From Deltaproteobacteria bacterium (lineage in GTDB: Bacteria; Myxococcota_A; Polyangia; Fen-1088), in assembly GCA_033763315.1 (NCBI GenBank), contig JANRKS010000026.1:32531-96530 (forward strand): a stretch of DNA of 64,000 nucleotides, written 5' to 3'. The position numbers and the translations under genes are program-made. Shown here in pieces: positions 62,974 to 64,000 of this stretch. How positions within the stretch are numbered: position 1 is the stretch's first letter; each line of letters opens with the position of its first letter. The notes under the pieces are model-generated. The model saw only the letters and a list, made by a program, of their open reading frames with translations. It ran no database searches and had not been told where the DNA came from.

Positions 62974-63918
62974 CTACCAGTCGGCTGCGTCGCTTGGCGG
63001 CGCCCGCGCTGCCGCCACTTTGGGCGCGAAGGAGTTTTCTCCCAAGTGCTCCAGTATCCTCTCCACAGCATTCTGGTTAAACACTGCCGCCAAAACCGTC
63101 ATGCGTCCGCCGCATCGACCACACGCAAGCACGTCAATCTTGAACACGCGCATCAACAACGCTGCCCAAGGGATTCGCTGACAGCATTTGCCTTTGTGCG
63201 GAGCCTGTTTAGGGGTTGCACCGGTGCAGGCTTGCCGTCGTGGCACAATCGCCGAGCGCCAGCCTGAAGCCGGCGCAAGCACACCGTGGTACCGCATCGT
63301 ATGGCTTCGAGGGCGGGGTATCAGAGGTATCAATTTCTCGATCAACTCCCCCGGCGATAGCAACAAGTGTGTTGTGCCATCCGACCAAGCTCGCTTGAGG
63401 CGCAGCGACAGACTTCCGTCTTCGCGCTCTTGCAATCGATCATCGGACAGAGGGGGTCTTGCAATGTACCTGCACAACGCTTCGAGTCCCACACGATCAT
63501 TGGCTGCCACGCGAACGTTTGTATGAATGTTGAAACCTTCAACCTCTGCGCAGGTTTTTCCCAGAAAACGCGCAACAGGTGTCTGTCCGGATTTTAAGCG
63601 CCGAATTGGCAATCCCCGGCGTGATCCTGTGGCCACCATGCGACGTAATGATGCAGCCGCCATGGCCACCATGGCTGGCTCACGCACACCAACCGCATCC
63701 AGATCTGTATCGAAAAGCTTGGCCACCCGCCTATACACCCGCATCGCCACCTCACCCACGTCTTCATCGTCAGGTGCTGCCACGGCGTAGAACTGTGGCT
63801 TCCCTGCCGCATCCACTGCATAGGCGCCATCAAGCACCAGCGCATGAAAATGTACATTCAACGCCAGCGCCGAATCGAAACGTTGGATTGCAGTTGCCGC
63901 TCCCGTTTTCAGCAGCAA
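62974..63918 (-). mobile_element. IS91/ISCR-family (Y2, rolling-circle) transposase gene, 5'-truncated remnant
   Basis: AIQRFDSALALNVHFHALVLDGAY matches the family motif. An in-frame TGA lies directly 5' of the first codon, and the upstream frames contain several stops. Roughly 200 aa of the N-terminus, including the Zn-binding domain, are missing. Confidence 0.7.
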
Positions 63919-64000
63919 TCAACGGCAAAAGGCCGATCGCCTTCACTGCCGACCTCGACCAATTCATCGTTGTTGGCCAACCTCACCTGCATCATCTTGT

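Overview
This is a 64-kb GC-rich bacterial chromosomal segment with strong GC3 codon bias. The gene content looks like a Myxococcota-type genome: PEGA domains, a Ser/Thr kinase, an FHA-sigma54 activator, many Cys/Gly-rich lipoproteins, and DUF1588/DUF1592 + DUF1552 pairs. That taxonomic placement is inference only. I can support about 57 protein-coding genes or gene fragments. I saw no rRNA, tRNA or CRISPR array. Main blocks, left to right: (1) carbohydrate-binding lipoproteins and a MATE pump preceded by a terminator-containing leader (0-5 kb). (2) A type-B esterase plus two transglutaminase-like genes (5.6-9.2 kb). (3) An AbiEi/AbiEii-like toxin-antitoxin pair behind a nested palindromic operator (9.7-11.7 kb). 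(4) Two intact DUF1588/1592 + DUF1552 modules (11.8-14.9 kb and 53.1-56.1 kb) and a decayed third DUF1552 copy (44.8-45.2 kb). (5) A LysR-linked three-gene redox operon. (6) PPi-PFK and a sugar MFS transporter. (7) A translationally coupled cbb3 oxidase cluster, ccoI-ccoS-ccoNO(fused)-ccoQ-ccoP-ccoG (29-36 kb), including two small genes absent from the ORF track. (8) A 1049-aa lipase-like lipoprotein. (9) A VapBC + DUF4143-ATPase islet. (10) A signalling cluster of Ser/Thr kinase, FHA-sigma54 activator, PEGA protein and twin Cys-rich lipoproteins (56-62.6 kb), ending at a 5'-truncated IS91-family transposase. The best candidates for uncharacterised biology are the PEGA / twin-lipoprotein / FHA-sigma54 operon, the repeated DUF1588/1592-DUF1552 modules, the extended AbiE-like pair, and the riboswitch-like MATE leader. 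All family calls come from motif recognition by eye, not from database searches. Start codons are my best choice within each ORF.
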